From NCBI GenBank assembly GCA_964637135.1, contig CAZWTX010000006.1, positions 1 to 64,000 of the forward strand: a stretch of DNA of 64,000 bases, in the 5' to 3' direction. Origin of the DNA: an uncultured Methanospirillum sp. GTDB lineage: Archaea; Halobacteriota; Methanomicrobia; Methanomicrobiales; Methanospirillaceae. The translations under genes and the position numbers were made by a program. Below the pieces are notes generated by a model. The model did no database searches. It worked only from the letters and a program-made list of their open reading frames with translations, and had not been told where the DNA came from. This document shows, in pieces, positions 9,136 through 19,734 of the stretch. Numbering within the stretch: position 1 is the first letter of the stretch; each line of letters starts with the position of its first letter.

Positions 9136-10425
9136 ATGGTTGAATATTATCTTTATATTATCCTCTTTCTTATCTGTCTCATCTGTTCTGCATTTTTCTC
9201 GGGTTCTGAAGTTGCCCTCTTCTCCATTACCCGGGCCAAGGTCAGAACCCTCGTGAGTGATGGGGTGAAAGGGGCGTCACGGCTTGCTGAACTGAAACAG
9301 GATCCTGACCGGTTCCTGATCACGATCCTTATCGGGAACAACATCGTGAATATCCTCGGTGCTTCGCTCGCGACAGCAGTGGCTATCGGGTTTTTCGGCG
9401 AGACCGGGCTTGCGGTCACCGTCTCGACGGTGGTGGTCGTTATCCTTCTTCTGATCTTCGGTGAGATCGGTCCGAAGATGTATGCGAGCAGGAATTCTGT
9501 TCCCTTTGCACTGTGGATATCCCCGAAGATCCATATCCTCTCCCGTATCTTTTACCCGGTGATCATGGCATTCGAGTACATATCGACGAAACTGGCCGGA
9601 GAATCTCCATTCACGCATCACATGGTGACCGAGGAGGAGATCAAAGAATGGATCGATGTCGGCCAGGAAGAGGGAACGATCGAGAAGAATGAACAGGAGA
9701 TGCTCCACTCGGTCTTTGAGTTTGGTGATACGAGGGTCAGGGAAGTGATGACCACCCGGGTGGATGTGGTGATGATTGAGGATACGGCAACCCCTGAGGA
9801 TGCCCTTGAGATCTTCAAATCCACTGGTTTTTCCCGGATTCCGATATATCACGGAAACACGGATACAATCCGGGGGATCCTGAATGTGAAAGATGTCTTT
9901 GCGGCTGTGATGGATCAGCGCTCACACCTTCCAATAGCGAAGATTGCATCAGAACCGTTCTTCGTGCCTGAGACAAAGAACATTGATGATCTCCTCCGGG
10001 AGCTGAAGGTTCAGAAAACCCACATGGCTGCGGTTCTCGATGAGTACGGGAGTTTTGTCGGGATTGTCACAGTTGAGGATATCATCGAGGAACTGGTCGG
10101 GGACATCCTTGACGAATTTGATACCGAGGAGCCGGAACTGATCGCACTCTATGACGGCGTGTATTCGGTTGATGCCAGGATGTGGGTAGAAGATCTGAAC
10201 AAGGAACTCTCCCTATCCCTGCCGGTGAGCGAATCATACGAAACGATCGCTGGTCTTCTGATCGATCAGCTCGGCTATATCCCCCGTATGGGGGAATCAT
10301 GTCTTCTTGAAGAGAATGGCATCAGGCTTATTGTAATACAGATGAAAGGCAAACGGATCACCCGGATAAAAATGCTCATCCCGCAGGAACCTCATGGTGT
10401 AAACAACGAGAGGGATCGAACCTGA
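9136..10425 (+). CDS. CNNM/hemolysin-family protein (DUF21-CBS-CorC), putative Mg2+ transporter
   Basis: SAFFSGSEVA, TILIGNNIVN, GEIGPK, CBS pair, DEYG..GIVTVEDIIEELVG; start moved to ATG 9136. Confidence 0.92.
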   Translation: MVEYYLYIILFLICLICSAFFSGSEVALFSITRAKVRTLVSDGVKGASRLAELKQDPDRFLITILIGNNIVNILGASLATAVAIGFFGETGLAVTVSTVVVVILLLIFGEIGPKMYASRNSVPFALWISPKIHILSRIFYPVIMAFEYISTKLAGESPFTHHMVTEEEIKEWIDVGQEEGTIEKNEQEMLHSVFEFGDTRVREVMTTRVDVVMIEDTATPEDALEIFKSTGFSRIPIYHGNTDTIRGILNVKDVFAAVMDQRSHLPIAKIASEPFFVPETKNIDDLLRELKVQKTHMAAVLDEYGSFVGIVTVEDIIEELVGDILDEFDTEEPELIALYDGVYSVDARMWVEDLNKELSLSLPVSESYETIAGLLIDQLGYIPRMGESCLLEENGIRLIVIQMKGKRITRIKMLIPQEPHGVNNERDRT

Positions 10426-11033
10426 TGGAAGGGCGGTTTGTTGTCCTTGCATCCGGACGCGGATCAAATTTCCAGGCAATCCTGGATCGCGTGGCTGACG
10501 GGAGTATCCAGGCCTGCTGCACCGGTCTTATCACCGACAACCCCGGTGCCTATGCCATTGAGCGGGCACAGCAGGCAGGTATTCCGGCATATGCCGTTGA
10601 TTTCCGGTCTTTTCCGGACAAGGCAGCATACGAGGATGCACTCATCGCCCAAATCTCGCACTGTCGTCCGGATCTTGTCGTTCTTGCCGGGTACATGCGT
10701 ATTCTCGGACCAGGTATAGTACGTGCCTGGACCGGGCGGATGATGAACATCCATCCTTCCCTGCTCCCGGCCTTCCCCGGTCTGCATGCCCAGGCTCAGG
10801 CGATTGCGTACGGGGTCAGAGTTGCCGGATGCACGGTGCATTTCGTGACCGAGGACATGGATGCAGGCCCGATCATCATCCAGCGGACCGTTCCGGTACT
10901 CGAAAATGATGACCCGGAATCGCTGGCAGACCGGATTCTCGTCGAGGAACACGATGTGTATCCCCTGGCAGTCAGGTTGTTCTTTGAGCATAAACTCCGG
11001 ATTGAAGGCCGGAAGGTGAGGATTCTCCCCTGA
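10425..11033 (+). CDS. purN: Phosphoribosylglycinamide formyltransferase
   Basis: SGRGSNFQA, LAGYMRIL, NIHPSLLP.FPG, G.TVHFV..D.GPII. Confidence 0.97.
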   Translation: MEGRFVVLASGRGSNFQAILDRVADGSIQACCTGLITDNPGAYAIERAQQAGIPAYAVDFRSFPDKAAYEDALIAQISHCRPDLVVLAGYMRILGPGIVRAWTGRMMNIHPSLLPAFPGLHAQAQAIAYGVRVAGCTVHFVTEDMDAGPIIIQRTVPVLENDDPESLADRILVEEHDVYPLAVRLFFEHKLRIEGRKVRILP

Positions 11034-11034
11034 T

Positions 11035-11349
11035 ATGGCGAGAAAAAACCAGCGATCGGACAGGCGTGCCATTGCAGCTGAACGAATGGCGATCCTGTTT
11101 GACCAGGCCGGGGTGTTTTACCATGAGCATCCTGACTGGAGTAACCGGTGCGTTGAACATGCGCGGAAGATCGCCATGAAAGAGCGGGTACGGATCCCGG
11201 CCCCCTTTTCCAGGCAGTTCTGCAGGCGTTGTTCCCGTTTTCTTGTCCCCGGCTCATCGTCCCGGGTACGGATCAGCCGGGGAATGGTGACCGTCACCTG
11301 TATAGGCTGCGGATATGCCCGCCGTTACCCAATCAGACAGAGGAGATAA
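11035..11349 (+). CDS. rnp4: Ribonuclease P protein component 4 (Rpp21)
   Basis: IAAERM..LF..A; Zn ligands CRRC...CIGC; conserved context before yhbY and rps19e. Confidence 0.92.
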   Translation: MARKNQRSDRRAIAAERMAILFDQAGVFYHEHPDWSNRCVEHARKIAMKERVRIPAPFSRQFCRRCSRFLVPGSSSRVRISRGMVTVTCIGCGYARRYPIRQRR

Positions 11350-11350
11350 T

Positions 11351-11629
11351 ATGGTCCAGAAGAAGCATGAGATTCCGTCATCGCATTTCCACGACCTCAA
11401 GCCGACCATCTGGATCGGAAAGTCTGGAATTACTGAGACGATCATTGAAGAGATTCGGGGACAAACCAAGTCACGCGGAGTAGTCAAGCTGAAGTGGCTG
11501 GCCTCGGCAGAAGTTGACCCCGGACAGGTAGCAGAGAAGAGCGGGACAGATCTCCTGATGGTGCGTGGAAGAACGATGGTTCTTGCAGATCCGCAGTTTT
11601 CAAGGAGATCCAAACCTCGAAATATATAA
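11351..11629 (+). CDS. YhbY/CRM-family RNA-binding protein
   Basis: LKPTIWIGKSGIT, VVKLK, RGRTMVL; SD AGGAGA before ATG 11351. Confidence 0.9.
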   Translation: MVQKKHEIPSSHFHDLKPTIWIGKSGITETIIEEIRGQTKSRGVVKLKWLASAEVDPGQVAEKSGTDLLMVRGRTMVLADPQFSRRSKPRNI

Positions 11630-11630
11630 T
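11618..11630 (+). promoter_or_regulatory. Candidate BRE/TATA promoter for rps19e and downstream genes
   Basis: CGAAATATATAAT about 60 nt upstream of the rps19e start. Confidence 0.45.
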
Positions 11631-11686
11631 ATCCCTTCCTGCGAATAAGTAAAGACTACAATCTGCATTGAGAGTGTGGACTATCG

Positions 11687-12109
11687 ATGACAACCGTGTA
11701 TGATGTTCCTGCTGACCGCCTTATCGCTAAAGTGGCAGTAGAACTGAAGGAAAAACCTGAGATAACCGCGCCTGACTGGGCCAAGTTTGCAAAGACCGGT
11801 GCCCACAAGGAGATGCCCCCGGAAGATCCGGACTGGTGGTACACCAGGGCAGCGGCAGTTCTCAGACGTGTATATGTTGACGGACCAGTGGGTGTAGAGC
11901 GAATGCGTTCGGTCTACGGTGGTGCAAAAAACCGTGGATCAAAGCCGAACAAGTCGGTGAAGGGAAGCGGTTCCATTCTTAGAAAGGCACTCCAGCAGCT
12001 TGAAGCAGCAGGGTATGTCTCCCACCAGAAGGAAGGCCGGGTTGTGACCCCTGCAGGCGCTTCATTCCTTGACCATGCGGCCTACGCAGTAACCCAGCAG
12101 TCTGAGTAA
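11687..12109 (+). CDS. rps19e: 30S ribosomal protein S19e
   Basis: [39 protein letters not shown]. Confidence 0.98.
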   Translation: MTTVYDVPADRLIAKVAVELKEKPEITAPDWAKFAKTGAHKEMPPEDPDWWYTRAAAVLRRVYVDGPVGVERMRSVYGGAKNRGSKPNKSVKGSGSILRKALQQLEAAGYVSHQKEGRVVTPAGASFLDHAAYAVTQQSE

Positions 12110-12134
12110 CCAGATCCACGGAGAGGAGAGATCG

Positions 12135-12467
12135 ATGGGAGACGAAGAACTGGCCGACATCCGTCGGCGAAGGATGGCTGAGATGCAGCAGCAGGCCTCG
12201 TACCAGCAGCAGGAGCTGGAACGGCAACGCCAGGTAGAGGCCCAGATGCAGTCTGCGCTCATGCAAATCCTCGAACCGGAGGCCCGCGAACGGCTCAATA
12301 CCATCAAACTAACCCGTCCGGATTTTGCAAAGGCAGTTGAACAACAGTTGATCATGCTTGCCCAGAGCGGCAGGATAAAATCAAAGATCAACGATGACCA
12401 GCTGAAGACAATTCTTCAGCAGGTAACCCCGGCAAAACGGGAATTCAATATCAGGCGCAAGGGATGA
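12135..12467 (+). CDS. PDCD5-like DNA-binding protein
   Basis: DEELADIRRRRMAE, ILEPEARERL..I.L.RP, VEQQLI.LAQSG. Confidence 0.93.
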   Translation: MGDEELADIRRRRMAEMQQQASYQQQELERQRQVEAQMQSALMQILEPEARERLNTIKLTRPDFAKAVEQQLIMLAQSGRIKSKINDDQLKTILQQVTPAKREFNIRRKG

Positions 12468-13051
12468 AGGCAGGGATCCTCTACTCGGGGGGAAAGGACA
12501 GTTCGCTTGCGGCGGTCCTTCTCTCCCGTGAGTATGAGGTTGAACTGAATACCTTTGTCTTCTCCGCGGATACTCCGGTAACAGCGATCAGGGAGGCCGG
12601 GAATGCGATCGGATTGCCTCACCACGTTCGTGTCTTCAGGGACGGGCTGATGGATGAGGTTATTGATCTCATCACCCGGGTCGGCTTTCCGAATGGAGCA
12701 ATACAACTGATTCATCGGGAAGCAATCCAGTCGCTTGCACATGAGTATGAGGTGGTGGGAGATGGAACCCGGTTCGGGGACCGGATCCCGCTGCTGACTG
12801 ATGATGAGGTCAGGAGTATCGGCGACCGGTACCGCTGTTCCTATGTCAGGCCCCTGCTCGGTTTTCCGAAGCGGGAAGTCATCAGACTGGCTGAGCGGTA
12901 CTTCGAGATCGAATATGGAGAAACCGGCCGGATCCTGAACGGTGATTACGAACGGGAGATCCGGCAGGAACTTGAAAACCGGGGAATCAGGCACGGGCCT
13001 CTCTTTCCCCCAGCACATCAGCAATCCCTCGTCAGGGGAAGGCGCAACTGA
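12464..13051 (+). CDS. PP-loop (N-type) ATP pyrophosphatase-family protein
   Basis: LYSGGKDSSL, GFPNGAIQ..H, GDGTR.GD; conserved position in this operon. Confidence 0.88.
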   Translation: MKAGILYSGGKDSSLAAVLLSREYEVELNTFVFSADTPVTAIREAGNAIGLPHHVRVFRDGLMDEVIDLITRVGFPNGAIQLIHREAIQSLAHEYEVVGDGTRFGDRIPLLTDDEVRSIGDRYRCSYVRPLLGFPKREVIRLAERYFEIEYGETGRILNGDYEREIRQELENRGIRHGPLFPPAHQQSLVRGRRN

Positions 13052-13063
13052 AGAAGGTATATC

Positions 13064-13216
13064 ATGAGCAAACTTACCAAGTGCCGGAAGATCCGGCTCT
13101 CAAAGATTACCCAGCAGAACCGCCGTGTTCCGCAGTGGGTCATGGTGAAAACAAGCAGAGCAGTTATGGCTCATCCGAAGCGTCACAGCTGGCGGAGAAG
13201 CACCCTGAAGGTGTAA
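13064..13216 (+). CDS. rpl39e: 50S ribosomal protein L39e (missing from the supplied ORF track)
   Basis: Manual translation [50 protein letters not shown]; lies directly before rpl31e. Confidence 0.96.
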   Translation: MSKLTKCRKIRLSKITQQNRRVPQWVMVKTSRAVMAHPKRHSWRRSTLKV

Positions 13217-13220
13217 TATT

Positions 13221-13484
13221 ATGGCAGAGACTCTGAAAGAACAGGTCTACGTGGTTCCGCTCGGACCGGTAAAACGTGTTCCGCGCTGGCGCCGTAGTGC
13301 AAAGGCAATGAAGGACATCAGGGCATTCCTTGCAAAGCATATGAAGAGCGAGGATGTCCGGCTTGATATGTCCATCAATGAGCGTATCTGGAGCCGGGGG
13401 GCCGAAAAGCCGCCGGCACGGATCCGTGTTCGGGCAATGAAGCTCGAAGATGGCCAGGTTCAGGCAGAACTGGCTGAGGAGTGA
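13221..13484 (+). CDS. rpl31e: 50S ribosomal protein L31e
   Basis: [35 protein letters not shown]. Confidence 0.97.
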   Translation: MAETLKEQVYVVPLGPVKRVPRWRRSAKAMKDIRAFLAKHMKSEDVRLDMSINERIWSRGAEKPPARIRVRAMKLEDGQVQAELAEE

Positions 13485-13485
13485 G

Positions 13486-14148
13486 ATGGATCGTATCGTC
13501 TCGGTTGCAGGTGAACCCCACATCGGCGTATTTACCCGCGTCTTCGAGGATATAGCCGTCATCCCGCCGGATGCCCCGGCTGAACTGGCGCAGGCCTACG
13601 AAGAAGCGTTTGGTGTTGAGATCGTCAGGACAACCCTTCAGGGGAGCCCGATCATCGGCTCGCTCCTTGCAGGGAACAGTAACGGGTTTGTGGTCACCGG
13701 CCTTGCAACCGATGACGAGATCGCAGCATTGAGTTCATACCGTGACCTCATGCTCCTGGAAGAGGGAATGAACGCGGCCGGTAACGTGATCCTGGCAAAT
13801 GATCACTTTGCAGCCGTTCACCCTGACATGGGTGAGGATGCACAGGATGCCCTCAGCGATTTCCTGGATGTAGTTGTCATCCCCCTGACCCTTGGTGAAA
13901 TCAAGACGGTCGGGATGGCAGCTGTTGCAACGAACCGCGGAATCGTGGTAAATCCCCGCAGTACCCCGTCAGAGATAGCCGAACTCGAAGAGATCTGCAA
14001 TCTTCCGATTGGTAAGGGATCGGTAAACATGGGAAGTCCTATGGTCGGTACCGGTCTGGTGGCGAACAGCCGCGGGTACCTTGCCGGTCTGGATACGAGC
14101 GGGTATGAACTCGGAAGAATTGAGGATATTTTTGGTTTTGAGGACTGA
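13486..14148 (+). CDS. eif6: Translation initiation factor 6 (aIF6)
   Basis: IGVF, IIGSLLAGNSNG, AGNVILAND, GSVNMGSPMVG.G.VAN..G, ELGRIE. Confidence 0.96.
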   Translation: MDRIVSVAGEPHIGVFTRVFEDIAVIPPDAPAELAQAYEEAFGVEIVRTTLQGSPIIGSLLAGNSNGFVVTGLATDDEIAALSSYRDLMLLEEGMNAAGNVILANDHFAAVHPDMGEDAQDALSDFLDVVVIPLTLGEIKTVGMAAVATNRGIVVNPRSTPSEIAELEEICNLPIGKGSVNMGSPMVGTGLVANSRGYLAGLDTSGYELGRIEDIFGFED

Positions 14149-14153
14149 TTATT

Positions 14154-14345
14154 ATGAGTGAATTCACATTTGAGGTTAAAGGAACCTTCCAGGAGAGATT
14201 TGCCTGGAAACCGTATACCAAGGTTCTTACCGCACCGAATGAAAAGCAGGCTACCGAGCGTGTATACACCGTTATCGGAAGCAAGCACCACCTGAAACGC
14301 GCTTACATCAAGATTGATTCCGTAACCCGGGTCTCTGGAGAGTGA
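14154..14345 (+). CDS. rpl18a: 50S ribosomal protein L18Ae/LX
   Basis: FEVKG.F, A.NE..A.E..Y..IGSKH.LKR..I.I. Confidence 0.93.
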   Translation: MSEFTFEVKGTFQERFAWKPYTKVLTAPNEKQATERVYTVIGSKHHLKRAYIKIDSVTRVSGE

Positions 14346-14809
14346 AACCGGTGGCCCCCGTTGATCCGCGTGAGGTCCAGTCTCTCCAGACGTACCTGAA
14401 CCAGTATAATCAGCAGGCCGAGGTCTACTCCCGTCAGCTGAGCCTGATGGAAGATGGTATCCGGGAAGGATCAGGAGCGATCGAGACCCTGAAGGCGATT
14501 GCCGGGGCAGAAGGTGCTCCGCTTCTCATGCCGATCGGCGGCGGTCTGAATATCCGGGTTACGGTACAGACCCCTGACGAGGTTTTTGTAAATATCGGTT
14601 CGGAGATTATTCTCCAGAAGACAAACGAGGCAGCAGTCGAGTACCTGAAGGATCGCATCACGGAGATGGAGGCATCTGCAAAGAACCTCGGTGAAGTGCT
14701 CCAGAAGATCGATGCACAGGTGAAAGATATCTCAAAGCGCCTCGAACAACTGTACCGTCAGGCCCAGATGGAACAGCAGCAGGGAATGGGCAGTCCAAGA
14801 GCCCAGTAA
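14342..14809 (+). CDS. pfdA: Prefoldin alpha subunit
   Basis: Coiled coils flanking LLMPIGGG and V.VNIGS.I beta hairpins; GTG start. Confidence 0.93.
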   Translation: MKPVAPVDPREVQSLQTYLNQYNQQAEVYSRQLSLMEDGIREGSGAIETLKAIAGAEGAPLLMPIGGGLNIRVTVQTPDEVFVNIGSEIILQKTNEAAVEYLKDRITEMEASAKNLGEVLQKIDAQVKDISKRLEQLYRQAQMEQQQGMGSPRAQ

Positions 14810-14847
14810 TCCATTTCCTGTTTTTCCTGCACGAAAATGGTGGTCGT

Positions 14848-15924
14848 ATGTTCAAGGCGCTCAAGGATAAACTCTTTTCAGTACGGAAAAAACTTGAAAC
14901 CTCGATAGAGGAGAAAAACCCGGAGCCTCAGCCGGGAACGGCCACGGCAGAAGAAGTGCTGCCGGCAGGAAAAACATCTGAACCACTGAACGAAACACCA
15001 GAACCGGTCCGGGCTGGAGAGGATAAGAAACCGGCTGGATTTACCCGGAAGGTTGTCTCCCTGGTCAGGGATCGTGAGTTCATCATTTCTGAGAAGGATA
15101 TCGACGAAATACTGAACGAGCTCGAAATCGGGCTCCTTGAGAGTGATGTCGCGTTCTCTGCAACCGAGGCGATTCTGGACCGGATACGTGCAGATCTGAC
15201 CGGATCAAAACGGAAGATCGGGACGTCTGTCAATGCCGTGGTCATGGATGCCCTTGCTGATGCCCTTCTCTCGGTTCTTGGAGAAGGAGTTGATATCGTC
15301 TCGTTTATCAGGGAACGGGATCGACCGGTGAAGATTCTCTTTACCGGGGTCAACGGTACGGGCAAGACGACCTCGATAGCAAAAGTTGCCCGTTATCTCC
15401 AGTCAAACGGAGTATCGGTTGTTATCGGTGCCGGAGATACCTTCCGGGCAGGGGCCATTGAGCAGATTGACGTGCATGGAGAACGGCTTGGAATCAAGGT
15501 GATTCAGCACCAGGAAGGATCTGATCCGACTGCGGTGCTCTTTGACACGGTTGAGTATGCAAAAGCCCACAAGATCGATGTCGTCCTCGGGGATACCGCG
15601 GGACGGTTTCACAACCGGGTCAACCTCATGAACCAGCTCTCAAAGATTCGCCGGGTCATCAGTCCTGATCTCATTGTCTATGTCGATGAAGCAGTCGCCG
15701 GAAACGATGCTGTCATCAGGGCTGATGAGTTTGCGAAATCTGTCGGAATGGATGCCGTTATCCTCACGAAGGCAGACATGGATCCCAAGGGAGGAGCTGC
15801 CATATCTATTGCCCATGCGGTCGGAAAACCTCTCCTGTTCATCGGAACCGGCCAGGGATACGAGGATATCATGCCCTTTAACCCGAAGTCAGTCGTCGAG
15901 GATCTCCTTGCAGGTGAGGCCTGA
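14848..15924 (+). CDS. ftsY: SRP receptor FtsY
   Basis: [40 protein letters not shown]. Confidence 0.97.
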   Translation: MFKALKDKLFSVRKKLETSIEEKNPEPQPGTATAEEVLPAGKTSEPLNETPEPVRAGEDKKPAGFTRKVVSLVRDREFIISEKDIDEILNELEIGLLESDVAFSATEAILDRIRADLTGSKRKIGTSVNAVVMDALADALLSVLGEGVDIVSFIRERDRPVKILFTGVNGTGKTTSIAKVARYLQSNGVSVVIGAGDTFRAGAIEQIDVHGERLGIKVIQHQEGSDPTAVLFDTVEYAKAHKIDVVLGDTAGRFHNRVNLMNQLSKIRRVISPDLIVYVDEAVAGNDAVIRADEFAKSVGMDAVILTKADMDPKGGAAISIAHAVGKPLLFIGTGQGYEDIMPFNPKSVVEDLLAGEA

Positions 15925-17237
15925 TGCTCGGAAACCTCGGGAGTAACCTTAAGGATGCCCTCCGCAAGCTTGCCGGGAAGACGGTGATTGATCGTGCAGC
16001 CGTGGAGGAACTGGTCAAAGACCTCCAGCGTGCTCTCCTTCAGTCAGATGTCAATGTCAAACAGGTGATGCAGCTCTCCCAGGCCATCAAGAAGCGGGCA
16101 CTCGATGAACAGCCTCCGAAAGGAGTCACCGCCAGGGAACATGTCCTGCGGATCGTCTATGAGGAGTTGGTGAGCCTTGTAGGGAAGAAGGTTGAAGTAG
16201 CCCTTGGCAGACAGACGATCCTCATGGCCGGTCTGCAGGGGTCAGGAAAGACCACGACAACGGCGAAACTGGCCCGTTTTTTCAAGCGGAAAGGACTGAA
16301 AGTAGGAGTAATTTGTGCTGATACCTTCCGCCCGGGTGCCTACACGCAGATCAAGACGCTCTGTGAAAAGGTGAATGTCACCTGCTTTGGTGATCCAAAA
16401 GAGACGGATGCACGGAAGATCGTCACCGAAGGGCTCGCCCACCTGAAGGAAGAGGTGATTATCGTTGATACCCAGGGACGGCATGCCCTTGAGGATGATC
16501 TGATCCAGGAGATCATCGATCTCAATGATATCACCCAGGCAGATCACCGCTGGCTCGTCCTTGATGCGGCACTTGGCCAGCAGGCGAGGGACCAGGCACG
16601 CCGGTTCCATGATGCCGTCGGAATTGACGGTGTCATTATCACCAAGATGGACGGTACCGCCAAGGGAGGAGGTGCCCTTTCAGCGGTTGCCGAGACGGGA
16701 TCCGGGATCGTCTTTGTCGGGGAAGGGGAGACGGTAGAGGATCTCGAATGGTTTGATCCTGACAGTTTCATCTCCCGGCTGCTTGGTATGGGGGATCTGA
16801 AAGCCCTGGCAGAACGGGTCCAGGAGACGATGGAGGAGCAGGAGTTCGATGTGAACGCGATGCTCTCCGGGAAGTTCACCCTCCGGGATATGTACAAGCA
16901 GCTTGAGGCGGTGAACCGGATGGGTCCGTTGAAACAGGTTCTCTCAATGCTCCCGCTCGGGGGGGTCGAGGTGCCGTCAGAGGCCCTTGATGTGACCGCC
17001 ACCAAGATGCAGCGGTACAAGGTAATCATGGACTCGATGACCGACAAGGAACTCGACGATCCCGGTATCCTGAACGGTTCACGGGTTCAGCGGGTTGCAA
17101 GGGGCGCCGGGGCTTCCCTTGAAGAGGTCCGCGAGCTGATCAAATATCATAAAACGATGAAGCGGACATTCAAGGGTCTGAAAGGCGGGGAAAAAGGAAT
17201 GCAGCGGCTGATGAAGAAGTTCGGACGGATGTCGTAG
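15924..17237 (+). CDS. srp54: Signal recognition particle protein Srp54
   Basis: [31 protein letters not shown], Met-rich M domain IMDSMT..E. Confidence 0.97.
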   Translation: MLGNLGSNLKDALRKLAGKTVIDRAAVEELVKDLQRALLQSDVNVKQVMQLSQAIKKRALDEQPPKGVTAREHVLRIVYEELVSLVGKKVEVALGRQTILMAGLQGSGKTTTTAKLARFFKRKGLKVGVICADTFRPGAYTQIKTLCEKVNVTCFGDPKETDARKIVTEGLAHLKEEVIIVDTQGRHALEDDLIQEIIDLNDITQADHRWLVLDAALGQQARDQARRFHDAVGIDGVIITKMDGTAKGGGALSAVAETGSGIVFVGEGETVEDLEWFDPDSFISRLLGMGDLKALAERVQETMEEQEFDVNAMLSGKFTLRDMYKQLEAVNRMGPLKQVLSMLPLGGVEVPSEALDVTATKMQRYKVIMDSMTDKELDDPGILNGSRVQRVARGAGASLEEVRELIKYHKTMKRTFKGLKGGEKGMQRLMKKFGRMS

Positions 17238-17242
17238 ACCTG

Positions 17243-17827
17243 ATGACTTCGTTCTCTGTCATCGGGCATTCTGCAACCACGGACAGCTCTTTTTCTCTCA
17301 ATGATCTCCCGGGAAAGGCAGGCCGGATGGACCTGCTCAGCCGGGCGATCCAGGCTTCCCTCTTTCTCTCCCATGGAATCAGGGAAGATGTCACCTGTAC
17401 CCTGATCCTGCTCGGACCCCCGAAGCCGGGTGTGATCGTCCGGTTTGACGGCAGCGCTGTCCGGAGCATGAGCCCTGATGAACGGAACGTGGCTTCCTTC
17501 ATCAGAATGGCCCTTGGCATCCCTGCCGGAAGCATCTTCCGGGAGGTGGCTCCCGGGATCAGGGTCAGGAAGGGAACCCTTGCGGAGATCCTTGCAGAAA
17601 CCCCGCATGCGGTTCTGGATGAGAACGGAACTGATATCCGGAAGGCCGGGACAGATCATATCCCATCAGCCTTCCTTCTTTCCGACAACCGGAATTTCAC
17701 TCCCGAAGAAGAAGCCCTGATCCGTGAACTTCCCCGCTTTTCCCTGGGGCCTGCGGTGCTTCACGCAGACCATGCGATTGTCCTGTTACTGAATGAAATC
17801 GACCGACGGAGGTCTGGATGGAACTGA
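17243..17827 (+). CDS. trmY: tRNA (pseudouridine(54)-N1)-methyltransferase
   Basis: FSLNDLPG.AGRMD.L.R, LFLSHGIR, PDERN, SLGP..LHADH SPOUT motifs. Confidence 0.92.
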   Translation: MTSFSVIGHSATTDSSFSLNDLPGKAGRMDLLSRAIQASLFLSHGIREDVTCTLILLGPPKPGVIVRFDGSAVRSMSPDERNVASFIRMALGIPAGSIFREVAPGIRVRKGTLAEILAETPHAVLDENGTDIRKAGTDHIPSAFLLSDNRNFTPEEEALIRELPRFSLGPAVLHADHAIVLLLNEIDRRRSGWN

Positions 17828-19041
17828 CAGAATTATACCAAAAGGTCATGGAATACGGCGAAATCTGTGACCATTGCCTCGGCAGGCTGGTGGCAAAACG
17901 GTCGTTCGGGCTCTCAAACGACATGCGGGGAAATGCCATCCGCATCGCAGCCGCGATCGAACTGAACCAGCCATACCAGCCTCAGGCAGAACCATGCTGG
18001 ATTTGTGACAATTTCTTTGACAATACCCGGGTATGGGCAGAACGGGTGGCAAAAGCCCTCAAGGGAACAGAATGCCGGACCTTCCTGATGGGATCAAAGG
18101 TTCCCCCCCTGATCGCCGAATCAGAAGAGATGGTCTGGAGTGATCTCTCCCTGACAGATCCCGAACCGCTTAAGTCTGAGATCAACCGGGAGGTCGGGAA
18201 AGCCGTATCTTCCCTGGTAGGGCTTGAGATGGAACTGAAAAACCCTGATGTGGTTGTCGTCCTCAATATCGCGGATGAGACGGTTGATGTCCAGATCCGG
18301 CCAGCCTTCATCTATGGCCGGTACCTGAAGTACGAGCGGGGTATTCCTCAGACACACTGGGACTGCCGTGCATGCCATGGTGCAGGATGCGAAGCATGCA
18401 ACGGAACCGGAAAACAATATGCAGACTCGGTTGAGGAACTGATCGGCAGGCCGATGATCGACCTCTTCCAGGGTACCGGAGCAACTCTTCACGGGGCCGG
18501 GCGGGAAGATATCGATGCCGTGATGCTTGGATCAGGCAGACCTTTCGTGATGGAGATATCAGAGCCCCTGAAACGGTTCCTTGATCTTGCCCTGATCGAG
18601 GAGAGCGTTAACCAGGCGGCAGCAGGAAGGATCGGGATCCGGGATCTCAGGTGGAGTATGCGCAGTGAGGTGGAAACCTTAAAGACGCACAAAGGGCATA
18701 AAAAATACAGGATTCTGGTCGATATAGACGGTTCTGTACCTGAGGACGCCCTTATATCAGCATTAAAACGACTTGCAGGAACTACGATACACCAGCGCAC
18801 CCCCGCACGGGTCGCCCACCGGAGGGCGGATAAGATCCGCGATCGGGTGGTGCTTGATATCCAGTATACCGGGAAAGAAGGTGGCCTGTATGCACTCGAA
18901 GTAACCGGTGAAGCAGGTTTGTATATCAAAGAGCTGATATCCGGGGATTCAGGGCGGACAACGCCGAGTCTATCAGAGATCCTGGGAACACCCGCTGTCG
19001 TGAACCAACTTGATGTGATTCACGTGGACGGGATCGAATAG
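17818..19041 (+). CDS. pus10: tRNA pseudouridine(54/55) synthase Pus10
   Basis: CDHCLGR, GRY.KY.RGIPQTHW, HGAGREDID, QRTP.RV.HRR, GLYIKELISGD.GRT.PSL. Confidence 0.95.
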   Translation: MELTELYQKVMEYGEICDHCLGRLVAKRSFGLSNDMRGNAIRIAAAIELNQPYQPQAEPCWICDNFFDNTRVWAERVAKALKGTECRTFLMGSKVPPLIAESEEMVWSDLSLTDPEPLKSEINREVGKAVSSLVGLEMELKNPDVVVVLNIADETVDVQIRPAFIYGRYLKYERGIPQTHWDCRACHGAGCEACNGTGKQYADSVEELIGRPMIDLFQGTGATLHGAGREDIDAVMLGSGRPFVMEISEPLKRFLDLALIEESVNQAAAGRIGIRDLRWSMRSEVETLKTHKGHKKYRILVDIDGSVPEDALISALKRLAGTTIHQRTPARVAHRRADKIRDRVVLDIQYTGKEGGLYALEVTGEAGLYIKELISGDSGRTTPSLSEILGTPAVVNQLDVIHVDGIE

Positions 19042-19053
19042 GAGAGAAGATCA

Positions 19054-19347
19054 ATGGCACTTCATAATGGAACGAGAAAGAAGACACGGTATAAATTCAA
19101 AAAAGACCTCCGGGCACGTGGTGTCCTTCCGGTAACCCGCGTGATCCAGGAGTTCGAGATCGGACAGCGGGTTCACATAGTCTGTGAACCAAGTATCCAG
19201 AAGGGGATGCCAAACCGCCGTTTCCATGGTAAGACCGGATCAGTTATCGGTCGCCGGGGTCGTGCCTGGCTTGTCTCCATCACCGATGGGAACAAGGAAA
19301 AGATGATCATCTCCCGCCCACAGCACCTTCGTGCCCAACAGTTCTGA
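19054..19347 (+). CDS. rpl21e: 50S ribosomal protein L21e
   Basis: G.RKKTR.K, KGMP..RFHGKTG.V.G.RG, P.HL. Confidence 0.97.
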   Translation: MALHNGTRKKTRYKFKKDLRARGVLPVTRVIQEFEIGQRVHIVCEPSIQKGMPNRRFHGKTGSVIGRRGRAWLVSITDGNKEKMIISRPQHLRAQQF

Positions 19348-19369
19348 GGGTTCCTGAAGGAAGGTTGGC

Positions 19370-19723
19370 ATGAAGATTAAAGGCGTTCTTGAAGAGACGA
19401 TGGTAACCCTCCCCGAGCTGAAGGAGGAACTCCTGAATGTCGAGGCCGTCAGGCTTGAGAAGGAGAAGGAGATGCCATACGAGCTTCGCAGGAGCATAGA
19501 GCATGCCAATCAGATCTCCAAAACCTCCTCCGAGCGGTCACGCGAGCTCGTGGACGCATTGCTCGTGCTCAACAAGATGAAACCGGATATTGCACTCCGG
19601 ATTGCCAATGTCATGCCACGGACCAGGGACGAGGTTCGTGCGATTTTTGGCCGTGACAAATTTGCCCACACGACTGAAGAACTTGACGAGATCGTCGAGC
19701 TCGTCATGACCCATTTCATTTAA
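19370..19723 (+). CDS. rpo4: RNA polymerase subunit Rpo4 (F)
   Basis: YELRRSIEH, IANVMP.T.DE.R.I; conserved rpl21e-rpoF-DUF655-ksgA order. Confidence 0.92.
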   Translation: MKIKGVLEETMVTLPELKEELLNVEAVRLEKEKEMPYELRRSIEHANQISKTSSERSRELVDALLVLNKMKPDIALRIANVMPRTRDEVRAIFGRDKFAHTTEELDEIVELVMTHFI

Positions 19724-19734
19724 GGTGCAGGATC